A stretch of DNA of 49,290 nt from a virus (lineage: Duplodnaviria > Caudoviricetes), in IMG/VR virus record IMGVR_UViG_3300036796_000058, positions 1 to 49,290 of that record; one strand, given 5' to 3'. Below the pieces are notes generated by a model. That model did not search any database. It saw only the letters and a program-made list of their open reading frames with translations, and was not told where the DNA came from. The translations under genes and the position numbers were made by a program. Below are positions 1 to 8,581 of the stretch, in pieces (positions within the stretch are counted from its first letter, which is position 1; each line of letters starts with the position of its first letter).

Positions 1-99
1 ATCGCCATTTTCCAGCGCGCGTTCCAGCGCCTCGGTCTGGCCGCGAATGCGCCGAACCCGGGTGAGGATACGCTTTTTGTCTTCAGGTGAATGCGGCAT
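1..99 (-). CDS. frmR: Formaldehyde-responsive repressor FrmR (CsoR/RcnR family), 5' part; runs off the left edge
   Basis: Reverse complement of 99..1 reads [33 protein letters not shown], the FrmR N-terminus with Pro2; FrmR-type operator directly upstream. Confidence 0.9.
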   Translation of the reverse strand, partial: MPHSPEDKKRILTRVRRIRGQTEALERALENGD

Positions 100-112
100 A
101 ACGCCCCCTTGA

Positions 113-127
113 TACTATAGGGGGGTA
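113..127 (+). repeat. att core, frmR-side copy (TACTATAGGGGGGTA), overlapping the FrmR operator
   Basis: Identical to 46911-46925; minus strand reads TACCCCCCTATAGTA, the C-tract operator of frm promoters. Confidence 0.9.
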
Positions 128-146
128 CTGTACACCATTTTTTATC

Positions 147-174
147 TGATTGATAAAGTTGAATTTATCAATCA
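147..174. repeat. 11-bp inverted repeat in the att arm (TGATTGATAAA-N6-TTTATCAATCA) with IHF-like WATCAA motifs
   Basis: Seen directly; located in the phage arm next to the att core. Confidence 0.5.
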
Positions 175-231
175 TTTTATATAGATAGCTAAACTATTCA
201 AAAGACATATGGGGACATATACAGTCATTGA

Positions 232-285
232 CATGCCCCAAAATCTGCCCCAAATCCACTTTTGCCCCTAAAAATGCCCCAAAAT
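232..285 (+). repeat. Probable integrase arm-type sites (TGCCCC[A/T]AA x4)
   Basis: Two tandem pairs of TGCCCCWAA; related TGCCCCC motifs recur at 46834-46852 near the other att. Confidence 0.65.
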
Positions 286-288
286 TCC

Positions 289-618
289 CTATAACACCGG
301 CAGCTCATCATCGCCAGGAACACCTGCCCGGTTGATGAAAAAAGTCACTTCACCGATCACATTTACTTCGTCCAGCGATTCGTCTTCTATAGCTTCGCCA
401 TCATCAGTAATTAGTGCTCGGCCCATTATCTTCGCAAACTGATTCCTGCCTTCGAAGTTGATCAGAAAGATACTTGCGCGTCCGGATTTCTTTGAAATGT
501 CGACGACGGCGAATCCGGACGAGGTTTCAATGATAAGGCTATTGCTATCGATTCCGCAGATTATGTCAGGACTTAAACGGCGCTCAATGTAGTCGCGTGC
601 AGGCGATGGAAATCCCAT
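289..618 (-). CDS. UmuD/HumD-like small protein (GFPSPA N-terminus), second gene of a LexA-boxed pair
   Basis: MGFPSPARDYIERRLS resembles UmuD after its cleavage site; GGAGG RBS; no clear S24 catalytic GDSM motif. Confidence 0.65.
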   Translation of the reverse strand: MGFPSPARDYIERRLSPDIICGIDSNSLIIETSSGFAVVDISKKSGRASIFLINFEGRNQFAKIMGRALITDDGEAIEDESLDEVNVIGEVTFFINRAGVPGDDELPVL

Positions 619-619
619 A

Positions 620-859
620 TCAACCTCCTCCATTTGGGTTGTAGACCATGAATTTTCTGGACTCTCCCTCTTGATCACTGATGTCTCTGAACGTTGTAAC
701 GTGGTTTTCAATCCAACTGTTCGCTTCTTTCAGATCCCAATGCCAGTTCAGCTTTTCCAGTTCTGCGACAAAATCGGCAGTTGTCACCGTGCGGCGGCCG
801 TTCTGTTCAACTCTTAATGCCAGGTTAAAGGCGGTTCCTATCTCTGTATAACGAGGCAT
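620..859 (-). CDS. Small phage protein under a LexA box
   Basis: 79-aa ORF (MPRYTEIGTAF...) with GGAGGG RBS, 19 nt downstream of an SOS box. Confidence 0.7.
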   Translation of the reverse strand: MPRYTEIGTAFNLALRVEQNGRRTVTTADFVAELEKLNWHWDLKEANSWIENHVTTFRDISDQEGESRKFMVYNPNGGG

Positions 860-877
860 TATTGCCCTCCCCAATAA

Positions 878-893
878 CTGTTTTTATATACAG
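878..893. promoter_or_regulatory. LexA (SOS) box CTGTTTTTATATACAG
   Basis: CTG-N10-CAG with AT-rich spacer upstream of 620-859. Confidence 0.85.
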
Positions 894-967
894 TAGTGGA
901 GTTATTTAGACAGATCAAGAAAGGCATTCGCTATCAATTTTGACGACAGGATAAGGCTATGATTTAC

Positions 968-993
968 AAAAAAAAGCCCGCTCGAGGCGGGCT
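968..993 (-). terminator. Intrinsic terminator ending the late operon
   Basis: AGCCCGC/GCGGGCT stem followed by T8 on the minus strand, just after tfa. Confidence 0.85.
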
Positions 994-999
994 AGCTAA

Positions 1000-1545
1000 T
1001 CAACTGGATGCGGGAATCTCAGGCCACAAAATATCTGGGGCAGTAGATGTATCAACTCTGTTTAGCAGTACGCGATACTGCTTCCATGCCGTCAGTTGAG
1101 CAACCTCTTCATCAGTAGCCATGCCTAGATCAACGGCATCCTGTAGCGGCGCTATCATTTCATTCGCAGCGGTCATTAATGATGATTTAGTAGCATCAGC
1201 CTGGGCGATGAGTTCAGATTGTGTGGGTTGATATGCTGTAATTTTTTTTCCATCAAAAAACCATTTTCCATTAGCAGATACATCATCAGGAACGCCACTC
1301 GCATCAACTTCAGCAACTGACATATTCATTGGAAAAAGGGATGAGATATCTTGTGATACTTGACGGATAATACCGGAATCGTCAAATGAAACTTTTACCG
1401 TAGATGGTGAAAAATATTTCTGGCAATCGTACCAATCAATTCCGGACGTTGATTTTAAAAACGTAATCCCAAGACCAGATTCAACTATTTCCTTTTTTTC
1501 TTTTTCTTCCGGGATGTAAATATTAAAATTTTTAAATGATTTCAT
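1000..1545 (-). CDS. Tail fibre assembly chaperone (Tfa family)
   Basis: C-terminal [15 protein letters not shown]...[23 protein letters not shown] signature; ATGA overlap with the fibre stop. Confidence 0.9.
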   Translation of the reverse strand: MKSFKNFNIYIPEEKEKKEIVESGLGITFLKSTSGIDWYDCQKYFSPSTVKVSFDDSGIIRQVSQDISSLFPMNMSVAEVDASGVPDDVSANGKWFFDGKKITAYQPTQSELIAQADATKSSLMTAANEMIAPLQDAVDLGMATDEEVAQLTAWKQYRVLLNRVDTSTAPDILWPEIPASS

Positions 1546-3050
1546 ATCGAAGCCGCCGTGTACCATGTGCCATTAATCATATATTGCATACTGCGATAAG
1601 CAAAAGACATATTTACCGCATAGTTTGCCCCCGCAAATACACCCGTCAAAACACTACCTCCCGTCAGGTTGTATCTGTCATTCTGAATAGATGGAGTCCA
1701 GGTAACGGCACTTAACCGGCAGGATGAGACATATCGAGCGTCAAAGTTTGTATACTGCGATGGTGTTACCGTGCCTGACACGGCCAGCGATTTACTCATT
1801 GCAATAGTGTCCGCAAAACTCATTGCAGAACCGGTCTTATAATTAGTCACATTAAGCGTATTGGCGTTATTGCTGCCGTATCCTATGTACCAATTATTTA
1901 CCCCTGATGAATCCTGGGAAATAAGAAATGAAGCCGAGCCAGCAGTCACTGGCTTTAGCATAATAGCTGAGCCATCTGAATTCGCTGTTAGTCTTCCAGT
2001 CATTGTATCGCCAGCTTTTGCTACAGCACCTATTTCCGCTGGCGTGGGTTTATTTTCCGTATCGTAGACTTTGCCCCATTTTGACCATGAGCCGCCATAT
2101 AATGAGCGCGAATACGTACGGGAACTGCTGTAAGTACGGTAAACTTGAGTTGTGCCCGCATTTTTATAGATTTCAAGTGTGCCAGCATTAGCTTCGGGAT
2201 AATTTTTTCCTGACGCGGCCTGAGCATTAGCATTCTGATAATACAATCCCGGCGTTGTGTAAGTATTCAAGTCAGCGGCGTCAGGAATAGCAATAGCCTG
2301 ACCGTTAAATATATCTGGTGATGTGATGGTCACATTTCCGTTATTATCAGGTGCTTTTGAGTTTACAGTCCTAACTTTGCCAAAATAAGCGGCAGCTGGG
2401 TTGATAACATTAAAAAATGACTTTGACTGGTCCAACACACAGCATGCGGGAATGCCTGTGATCAAATCCCCTGCATCAAGTGGTGATTTGTTACCTTTAT
2501 ATAATGGAAAAATCCCTAAGACTTTTCCTGCTAGCGTTATCTGCAATGTTGCAGAGCCAGAGTTTGCTGCAATTGGCGTAACTAATAATGGAACTTTAAG
2601 CACCCAATCATTTGAACTGTTGTTCTGGAATGTGGAGGGGATTGAGATCGTCAGCGCGTTCGGAGTACCTCCGGCCGTCGCGGCAGTATAGTCACCTGCT
2701 TGCAGTTGCTCAATCTGAACAAATGCCTGCTCAGAGCCTCGGGTCGCATAGTTCGCGATAACATCATTGAGTGCCCATCCCTTTGCTGTGGTTCCTTCTT
2801 GTCCGCGAATGACTGTCAGCGTGTCGTTGCTGACCGCCGTCAAATGACATATTTCAAATACCGTTTGTTGGCTATCTGTAAGGGTAAGCTTGGCATAGAC
2901 TTTATGTGGGCTGTTAGGGGTGCTCACCTCTGTTGTGAGCAATTTTGCGAAATTTTCACCTGCGCCAGGAATCACAGAGAAGGATGTCTGGCCCGCTGTA
3001 ATATCGGATGCCAGCGCAGCGGCTGTATTGTTACCGAATCCAATAATCAT
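1542..3050 (-). CDS. Tail fibre protein
   Basis: Position after baseplate; [15 protein letters not shown] repeat, knob-like [13 protein letters not shown]...NYPE segment, GDTMTG motif, C-terminal [12 protein letters not shown]. Confidence 0.9.
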   Translation of the reverse strand: MIIGFGNNTAAALASDITAGQTSFSVIPGAGENFAKLLTTEVSTPNSPHKVYAKLTLTDSQQTVFEICHLTAVSNDTLTVIRGQEGTTAKGWALNDVIANYATRGSEQAFVQIEQLQAGDYTAATAGGTPNALTISIPSTFQNNSSNDWVLKVPLLVTPIAANSGSATLQITLAGKVLGIFPLYKGNKSPLDAGDLITGIPACCVLDQSKSFFNVINPAAAYFGKVRTVNSKAPDNNGNVTITSPDIFNGQAIAIPDAADLNTYTTPGLYYQNANAQAASGKNYPEANAGTLEIYKNAGTTQVYRTYSSSRTYSRSLYGGSWSKWGKVYDTENKPTPAEIGAVAKAGDTMTGRLTANSDGSAIMLKPVTAGSASFLISQDSSGVNNWYIGYGSNNANTLNVTNYKTGSAMSFADTIAMSKSLAVSGTVTPSQYTNFDARYVSSCRLSAVTWTPSIQNDRYNLTGGSVLTGVFAGANYAVNMSFAYRSMQYMINGTWYTAASI

Positions 3051-3673
3051 TATTCATTTACCGTAACGTTAAAGGTGTAAATAAACGGTAGGTTAACTAA
3101 TCCTTGCCCTATCGCTGTAATTAAAAAACTGCCAATCCCATCACCATAATCAGGAACCTTTATATCAAAAACACCACCAGAGCTTGTTACACTGATATCA
3201 AAGGTATTTTGCAGAATTGGATCTTCCCCTGCCTTTCCATGAATAAAACGAGCGAGTCTCCGCTTTAGCCACGGAACTGAAAACTGAAACCCGTCCCCCT
3301 TATAGAAATTCCAGGTTAATATTCTTTTAAAATATTCATCCGGGAGATACTGCGTTTTGCCGGGGGAGTATTTTTTAAGCTTGGCGTAAGGGATGGAGTT
3401 GTACTCAACTGTGTTATACGCCCCTTTTGCGACACTGCCCTCTGCAATTTTGACATAAGGTCTTTTTTGCCCGTAAATCCCTTGGGCTATCCAGTCGAGC
3501 AAATAACCGTTAATGTTTTCGTTGGGCCAATACGGTAATGAGAGATTATTGAATGCGGTTAAATACCCCTGAGCAATTTGATTGTAAGCAGTAAAAAAAG
3601 CCACAATATCCGGATCGTCATTATATTGAACAAAGGGGTAAGCAGGTATTATTTTATTTGCTGGAGCTGCCAT
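3050..3673 (-). CDS. Baseplate wedge protein (gpI/DUF2612-like)
   Basis: Between baseplate J and fibre; LLDWIAQGIYG motif. Confidence 0.65.
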   Translation of the reverse strand: MAAPANKIIPAYPFVQYNDDPDIVAFFTAYNQIAQGYLTAFNNLSLPYWPNENINGYLLDWIAQGIYGQKRPYVKIAEGSVAKGAYNTVEYNSIPYAKLKKYSPGKTQYLPDEYFKRILTWNFYKGDGFQFSVPWLKRRLARFIHGKAGEDPILQNTFDISVTSSGGVFDIKVPDYGDGIGSFLITAIGQGLVNLPFIYTFNVTVNE

Positions 3674-4883
3674 ATTGTTGCACCGTTACGTGGCTTTGGT
3701 CCGTTGTGAAATAGCTATATTCGCCGCCGAATACTAGTCCCGTCTCGGGTTGCGGCGGCACGATAGTCCCGTTTATGCCGATGCTGACATCAATTAGAGA
3801 TACCTGTGTTGGGCTGACCATCGGCGTAAGAACTTCGAGAAATAGAGATTCGATTTGGTAGGTATTTATCGGCTCGCCAATCGGCACTGCATTCACATAA
3901 TCAACAATCTGCGCAGCTGTCGCAGCGGTTACACTATCCGGGTCGAGCAAATCGGAAATTCTGGTATTCCACGTCAGAATAACCGTGACCATTTGTGATG
4001 TTGGCAGAATAATCGGGATATCATAGTGGTCAGGATAATCGGTGATAGTTACTGTGATGCTCTCCGGCTTATACCCTCCACTCTCGGTAACGTCCTCTGT
4101 AAGAACTGAGATATCTGGTATCGCATTGTACGCCGCCAGCCCAACCTCATTCGGATCGCCTCCGCCGACGACGAGCGCCCACACACCCGAACTGACATTT
4201 CGATAAGAAATCAGGTTGCTTTTGACTCCAGGTACTTTTTGCAGCAGGGTACGCAGGAATGATGGCACGCCCTGCGCGGTACCCATGCCGGCCTGCATTA
4301 CCTGCGCCCGGTATGATGAAAGAGACTGGCTTGATTGACCAGGCACGCCCGCAGTAACGTTCGTGCATGTCAGTGTGATACTGCTCGGTACCGAAGTTAT
4401 GATTTGAGTGACCGAGCCTTCTGGCACAGCCCAAGTGCCGCTCAAAACAGCCAGGCAATAAATGGGGTCAGTTTGACCGCCTGCAGGCACTACTGCGTTG
4501 TTCTGCACCGTGTACTGGTAGTTACCGTCGGAGACAGTGAACCCTTTCGGAATGACGAAACCAGGGCTACCCATAAACACCACAGACACAGAGGTGTTGT
4601 ACCCCGTCCCCTGCGTGACCCCATAAATGTTGCCGAGCTGGTTCAGCATCGGTTCGTTTGCACCGTAAGGGGAAACGGAATTAATACTCTCAACCATCGC
4701 GCTATCGATAAGCGCCAGCGCACCTGTCGCCGTGCTCGCCAGATCAGTGATTAATCCTGCCGGCAGGTTGGCCGTGTAGCCGGGTACTATCGCTGATACG
4801 TTGGTGATAAGATTCGTCAGCAACGTTTTTGGCGGCGTCGGTTGCGCGCCAGCCTGGGTTACAATTACTGGAAGGTCAGACAT
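3654..4883 (-). CDS. Baseplate J/gp47-like protein
   Basis: 409 aa, LNQLGNIYGV and GFVIPKGFTV motifs, gene order. Confidence 0.8.
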   Translation of the reverse strand: MSDLPVIVTQAGAQPTPPKTLLTNLITNVSAIVPGYTANLPAGLITDLASTATGALALIDSAMVESINSVSPYGANEPMLNQLGNIYGVTQGTGYNTSVSVVFMGSPGFVIPKGFTVSDGNYQYTVQNNAVVPAGGQTDPIYCLAVLSGTWAVPEGSVTQIITSVPSSITLTCTNVTAGVPGQSSQSLSSYRAQVMQAGMGTAQGVPSFLRTLLQKVPGVKSNLISYRNVSSGVWALVVGGGDPNEVGLAAYNAIPDISVLTEDVTESGGYKPESITVTITDYPDHYDIPIILPTSQMVTVILTWNTRISDLLDPDSVTAATAAQIVDYVNAVPIGEPINTYQIESLFLEVLTPMVSPTQVSLIDVSIGINGTIVPPQPETGLVFGGEYSYFTTDQSHVTVQQYGSSSK

Positions 4884-4905
4884 ATAGATCCCCTAAAGGA
4901 ATTTT

Positions 4906-5589
4906 ATGAAAAATATAATTTTGAATTTTGCATTTATTATGCTTATTACAGGGTGTGCAAGCAGCAAACCTGTGTTAAAAACCACGGGCTACTATTCTAA
5001 TGGTGTTAAGTTTTTGTACTGCAAAAACCCAAACCTATTTAGCCCGTCGTTAGTCAATTTCATTAATGGAAAGTATTCTTCATCAGAAGATTTAAAAATA
5101 ATAAAAATAACAGATACTAAATCGATTAGTAATGATGACTACAAGGTAAAATCTCCCCTTACTTGCTCAGGAATAGCCCACTTATCCGACGGCAGCGATA
5201 GAGACTTTCTGGCTACGATATCCATCCCTAACGATAACTCTCCAAGAATAGAATCACTGCATTTTTCACATAATAAAACCAGAGAATCCATTGCTAAAAA
5301 TGAATTTTTAAAATCATTTACTTTACCGGCAATTACATACTGTCAGGATCTAATGGTTAAAGTACGTAACTCTTATGGCAAAGCTCCTCTATGTGTGCCA
5401 ATACTCAAGGATTCGAATAACCTTACTCAAACGTCTGGGCTCGTCGGATTAAGTGATAATCAAACACCTGCGGGGATTTATTTTTACATGACAATTATCC
5501 CTGGTCAGGTTCTCGGGGAATACTCATACAATGAGAACGAATTACACACTCTAATATCATTAATCAAAATGCAAAATAAAGGCGTTTGA
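4906..5589 (+). CDS. Moron lipoprotein, opposite strand inside the baseplate cluster
   Basis: Signal peptide MKNIILNFAFIMLITG-C with lipobox; AAGGA RBS; visibly AT-rich. Confidence 0.75.
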   Translation: MKNIILNFAFIMLITGCASSKPVLKTTGYYSNGVKFLYCKNPNLFSPSLVNFINGKYSSSEDLKIIKITDTKSISNDDYKVKSPLTCSGIAHLSDGSDRDFLATISIPNDNSPRIESLHFSHNKTRESIAKNEFLKSFTLPAITYCQDLMVKVRNSYGKAPLCVPILKDSNNLTQTSGLVGLSDNQTPAGIYFYMTIIPGQVLGEYSYNENELHTLISLIKMQNKGV

Positions 5590-5592
5590 CAT

Positions 5593-5940
5593 TTACAGGG
5601 CAACTACATTCCTATAACTGACCCCATTAAAAAATACAACTTGTATTTCGTAAGTGGGGTTTGTCGCAGTATCCACCTTTGCAATTGAAAGCGAAGCGAA
5701 GTACCCGGCGAACTGCTGCTGCGCCATATTGACGTAGTAATCAGGGTACACCTGAGTCACTATCGACTGCTGTGCCGGTATGCCATATTGCGCGTAAAAT
5801 GGCGATTCGCCCAGGCCAAGCTTTAACGTCTGGATCAGCGTTGTCAGCCAGCCATGCGAAAAATCTCCATTTTCATCAGAGGAAACCTCAACCCATTTTT
5901 TGTTGCCGTTAGCATCAGCAACGCGTCCCCATGTCCTCAT
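5593..5940 (-). CDS. Baseplate protein (gp46/gp25-like position)
   Basis: 115 aa downstream of the spike; LGESPFYAQYGIP motif. Confidence 0.6.
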   Translation of the reverse strand: MRTWGRVADANGNKKWVEVSSDENGDFSHGWLTTLIQTLKLGLGESPFYAQYGIPAQQSIVTQVYPDYYVNMAQQQFAGYFASLSIAKVDTATNPTYEIQVVFFNGVSYRNVVAL

Positions 5941-6656
5941 TATTCCCCCGGATTCGGTTTTTCAGATGTGACTGTGCTGCTGCCGCCCTGGACATTCTTA
6001 ACATCATGGCCGTGGCCGGATACGCTGACGCCTTTCACTACGGCATCATTTTCCACGTTCAGCGGGCCGATGAGCGAGGCGGTCGTATCGACCATTTCGC
6101 TGGCATCCTGGACTATTGCGCCGTTCAGGTGGATCACGCCCTTGAGGTAAATATCTTTGGCTTCCATAAAAATGGCGTCGGCCTTTTCAGTGATTTTCCC
6201 AGGTTCGACGGTAACAGAGCTTGCCCCGTCAGCCGTCTTGAGTACCGCGCCCGTTGGCCCGTAAAGCACGATTTTCCCCGGATCCTCAGCTGACCAGCCC
6301 GCATTCGATAATGGAACAAAAAACAGCGGCGTAAGCGAGGGCGTGAACGATCTGCTCGCCATACCAGTGCCAAGACCGGACACGCCGCGGAGCGATGCCT
6401 CTGCTGCGACGGTAACCCCCTTGTCGCCTTTCTGTATTGGATAGCGTATGTAGGGAAATGTCGCGATTGGGATCGTAATCTGAGGGTACTGAGTGCCATC
6501 AGGCAGCATGTCGAATTGCACCGTGACTATCTGCCCTTTTACACCCACAACGTGACATGGTAACGAACGGCCAGAAATCGCAACGCGGTCATCGTTGTGC
6601 GTCTGCACCATATTTGAGATTGCTTTCCCAAATGGAAATTTTTGTGAATCGCTCAT
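5940..6656 (-). CDS. Baseplate central spike (gpV/gp45-like)
   Basis: OB-like N-terminus, beta-rich middle, C-terminal HxH (SGHGHDV) metal-binding tip. Confidence 0.8.
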   Translation of the reverse strand: MSDSQKFPFGKAISNMVQTHNDDRVAISGRSLPCHVVGVKGQIVTVQFDMLPDGTQYPQITIPIATFPYIRYPIQKGDKGVTVAAEASLRGVSGLGTGMASRSFTPSLTPLFFVPLSNAGWSAEDPGKIVLYGPTGAVLKTADGASSVTVEPGKITEKADAIFMEAKDIYLKGVIHLNGAIVQDASEMVDTTASLIGPLNVENDAVVKGVSVSGHGHDVKNVQGGSSTVTSEKPNPGE

Positions 6657-7657
6657 TTTTGTTTTGCCAGCGCAACGGCTTCGTAGATGGTTACCCAGGA
6701 ATTACTGTTATCCGGGGAGAGATATTGCCCGACGTGTCGAACGGATGTGATGAGAAACTGCCCGGTGAAGTTCACCGCGTTTCTCAGCATGGCGTAGGAG
6801 CGGTCATTGTTTACAGAGAGCAATGCCGACGGGCCAGAAATGATATTTTCAGGGAGCGTGACAGAATCCCCACAGCGCAGATCTGCGCGCATTGGGCACT
6901 TAAACGAAACGCTGACCGGGCCGATCCATGTCGGCTGGCCGATCAGTTCCTGCGGCAGGATCTGAATGCCCGCACCGCTTACACTGGAATTATCAAACAC
7001 CCGGATAAATCTGTTTTGCATGACCATCTGAACGCCGGTATAGCTGTCAGAATTGATAATCGAAAACGACTGGCTGCGCATAGTTGCCGCCAGCTGACCG
7101 ATACGGTCGTAAACGCCTACCCCGTCCTCGGCAAGTATCAACTTATCGCTAATGTTGATTTCCAGAGTAAAGTCGGGGAATGCCTCTGCAAGCGCGCGCC
7201 GCAGTACATCTCCTAACTTCTCCCCTTTTTTTCCATTCAAGGTAATGCTGAGAGCCTGGCCTTTGTCGTTCAACAGCGGGCTGGGATTAACAATCAGGTT
7301 CATCGACTGATGAACCCCGAGCCAGTTAGCGTAGGGGTTATAGATCTGCCCGCTAATGATCAGACCGGCCTGCTCCGCATTTGCAAGCGGCAAACCAGCA
7401 CTGAAACCTGCGAACAAATTTACCTGGTAACCTGCAAGCTGCACGCTTTGCCTGAGCATTGAAATTGGCAGGCCGTAAATGGCAATCATGGTACCGCTGC
7501 TAATTACGTCATACCCTGTTATCAGCGCATCAAATTCAATATGCAGCCCGCGGCCAGGTGTTTCTGAGGTATCGAATGGGCCAATTGCATTACCTTCACT
7601 ATCAACGGCCGGCGCCCCGTTTTTATCTGTTATTTCCAGTCGGTAGTATTTCATCAT
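6653..7657 (-). CDS. Baseplate hub protein
   Basis: Size, position before spike, C-terminal FLITSVRHVG. Confidence 0.7.
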   Translation of the reverse strand: MMKYYRLEITDKNGAPAVDSEGNAIGPFDTSETPGRGLHIEFDALITGYDVISSGTMIAIYGLPISMLRQSVQLAGYQVNLFAGFSAGLPLANAEQAGLIISGQIYNPYANWLGVHQSMNLIVNPSPLLNDKGQALSITLNGKKGEKLGDVLRRALAEAFPDFTLEINISDKLILAEDGVGVYDRIGQLAATMRSQSFSIINSDSYTGVQMVMQNRFIRVFDNSSVSGAGIQILPQELIGQPTWIGPVSVSFKCPMRADLRCGDSVTLPENIISGPSALLSVNNDRSYAMLRNAVNFTGQFLITSVRHVGQYLSPDNSNSWVTIYEAVALAKQK

Positions 7658-7920
7658 GTCGCCTCGAACTGGCGGTTACTGTCCCGGTATACAAGCGAGC
7701 CGGGAGCGTACGGAAGCGCAAGATTGATATCAAAACCCTCCGGTGACTCGATTAGCGGGACGTAGACCACTGTCGCGCCGGTGCCGTCGGTCAGTTTCAG
7801 GTAATAGCGGTTTGCGTAAAGATTCCATGGTACCGTGCCGAAAAGTTTCACGCCGCCGACAACCGCCTGAAATGAAAAAGGTACCTGGCCATTGGGTTTG
7901 AACGGGATAAAAGTCGTCAC
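7654..7920 (-). CDS. Small baseplate protein
   Basis: 88 aa, WNLYANRYYL motif, coupled to neighbours. Confidence 0.6.
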   Translation of the reverse strand: MTTFIPFKPNGQVPFSFQAVVGGVKLFGTVPWNLYANRYYLKLTDGTGATVVYVPLIESPEGFDINLALPYAPGSLVYRDSNRQFEAT

Positions 7921-8579
7921 AAGCCGAACCCCTGTGTGAATGCCTGTTGAACGCCGGACCAGGATAAACCTCCTGGCGACGGCAAGCCGGAGTCGAACTT
8001 ACTCATCAGGTTTCCCAGTACTGCGTCGAGCTGCGAGATCTGGAGTAGCGGCTGCTCAAACTCAAACGTCCAGGAATACTGGACCTGTTTGTTTTGTTCA
8101 GAGAAACCTGAACTATCAACAACCGAACGCAGCAGACATCCGGTATAAATAAAAGCAGGCGTCATCACGGTGTAACTCCCGCCACTTTGGTTGTGCTGGT
8201 CCAGGGCCAGCTTAAGCGCGGTAAACATCAATGATTTCGTGGCATATCCACCATCCTGTGTTGATGCGGGCCGCGTGAGCTGCATCATCACCCTATTTGG
8301 CTTATTAACAACAGAGTTTGCCGCTGTGGCCTGGTTGTAGAAATTCAGGGTACCGATATCCTGCTGAACGAGCGTGGTCCCGCCCATTGGCATCCACGCG
8401 GACGTTGGACTGAAACCTATTTCACCGTGTAGCAGGCCGTTAACCACGCTTAAGCTCTCAGTGAACGTTGCAATCGGCAGAGTTCCGCCGGGAATATTTG
8501 CTGCAATGCCATCAACAAGCAGAATGGGGGAAACTTCGAAGGCCAGCTTAAAAGCCTGGCCGAAATAGTTGAGCGCCAT
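7917..8579 (-). CDS. Tail tube initiator/baseplate protein
   Basis: Directly after the tape measure gene, translationally coupled. Confidence 0.55.
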   Translation of the reverse strand: MALNYFGQAFKLAFEVSPILLVDGIAANIPGGTLPIATFTESLSVVNGLLHGEIGFSPTSAWMPMGGTTLVQQDIGTLNFYNQATAANSVVNKPNRVMMQLTRPASTQDGGYATKSLMFTALKLALDQHNQSGGSYTVMTPAFIYTGCLLRSVVDSSGFSEQNKQVQYSWTFEFEQPLLQISQLDAVLGNLMSKFDSGLPSPGGLSWSGVQQAFTQGFGL

Positions 8580-8581
8580 TG

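Noticed and set aside
150-171. FNR site (TTGAT...ATCAA) upstream of frmR
   Set aside because: Half-sites are 12 nt apart rather than 4; better explained as att-arm/IHF-like sequence
1000-3050. Tail-fibre inversion (shufflon) or diversity-generating retroelement driven by the second recombinase
   Set aside because: Single fibre and single tfa; I saw no inverted crossover repeats, alternative fibre ends, reverse transcriptase or TR/VR pair, and the recombinase is about 25 kb away
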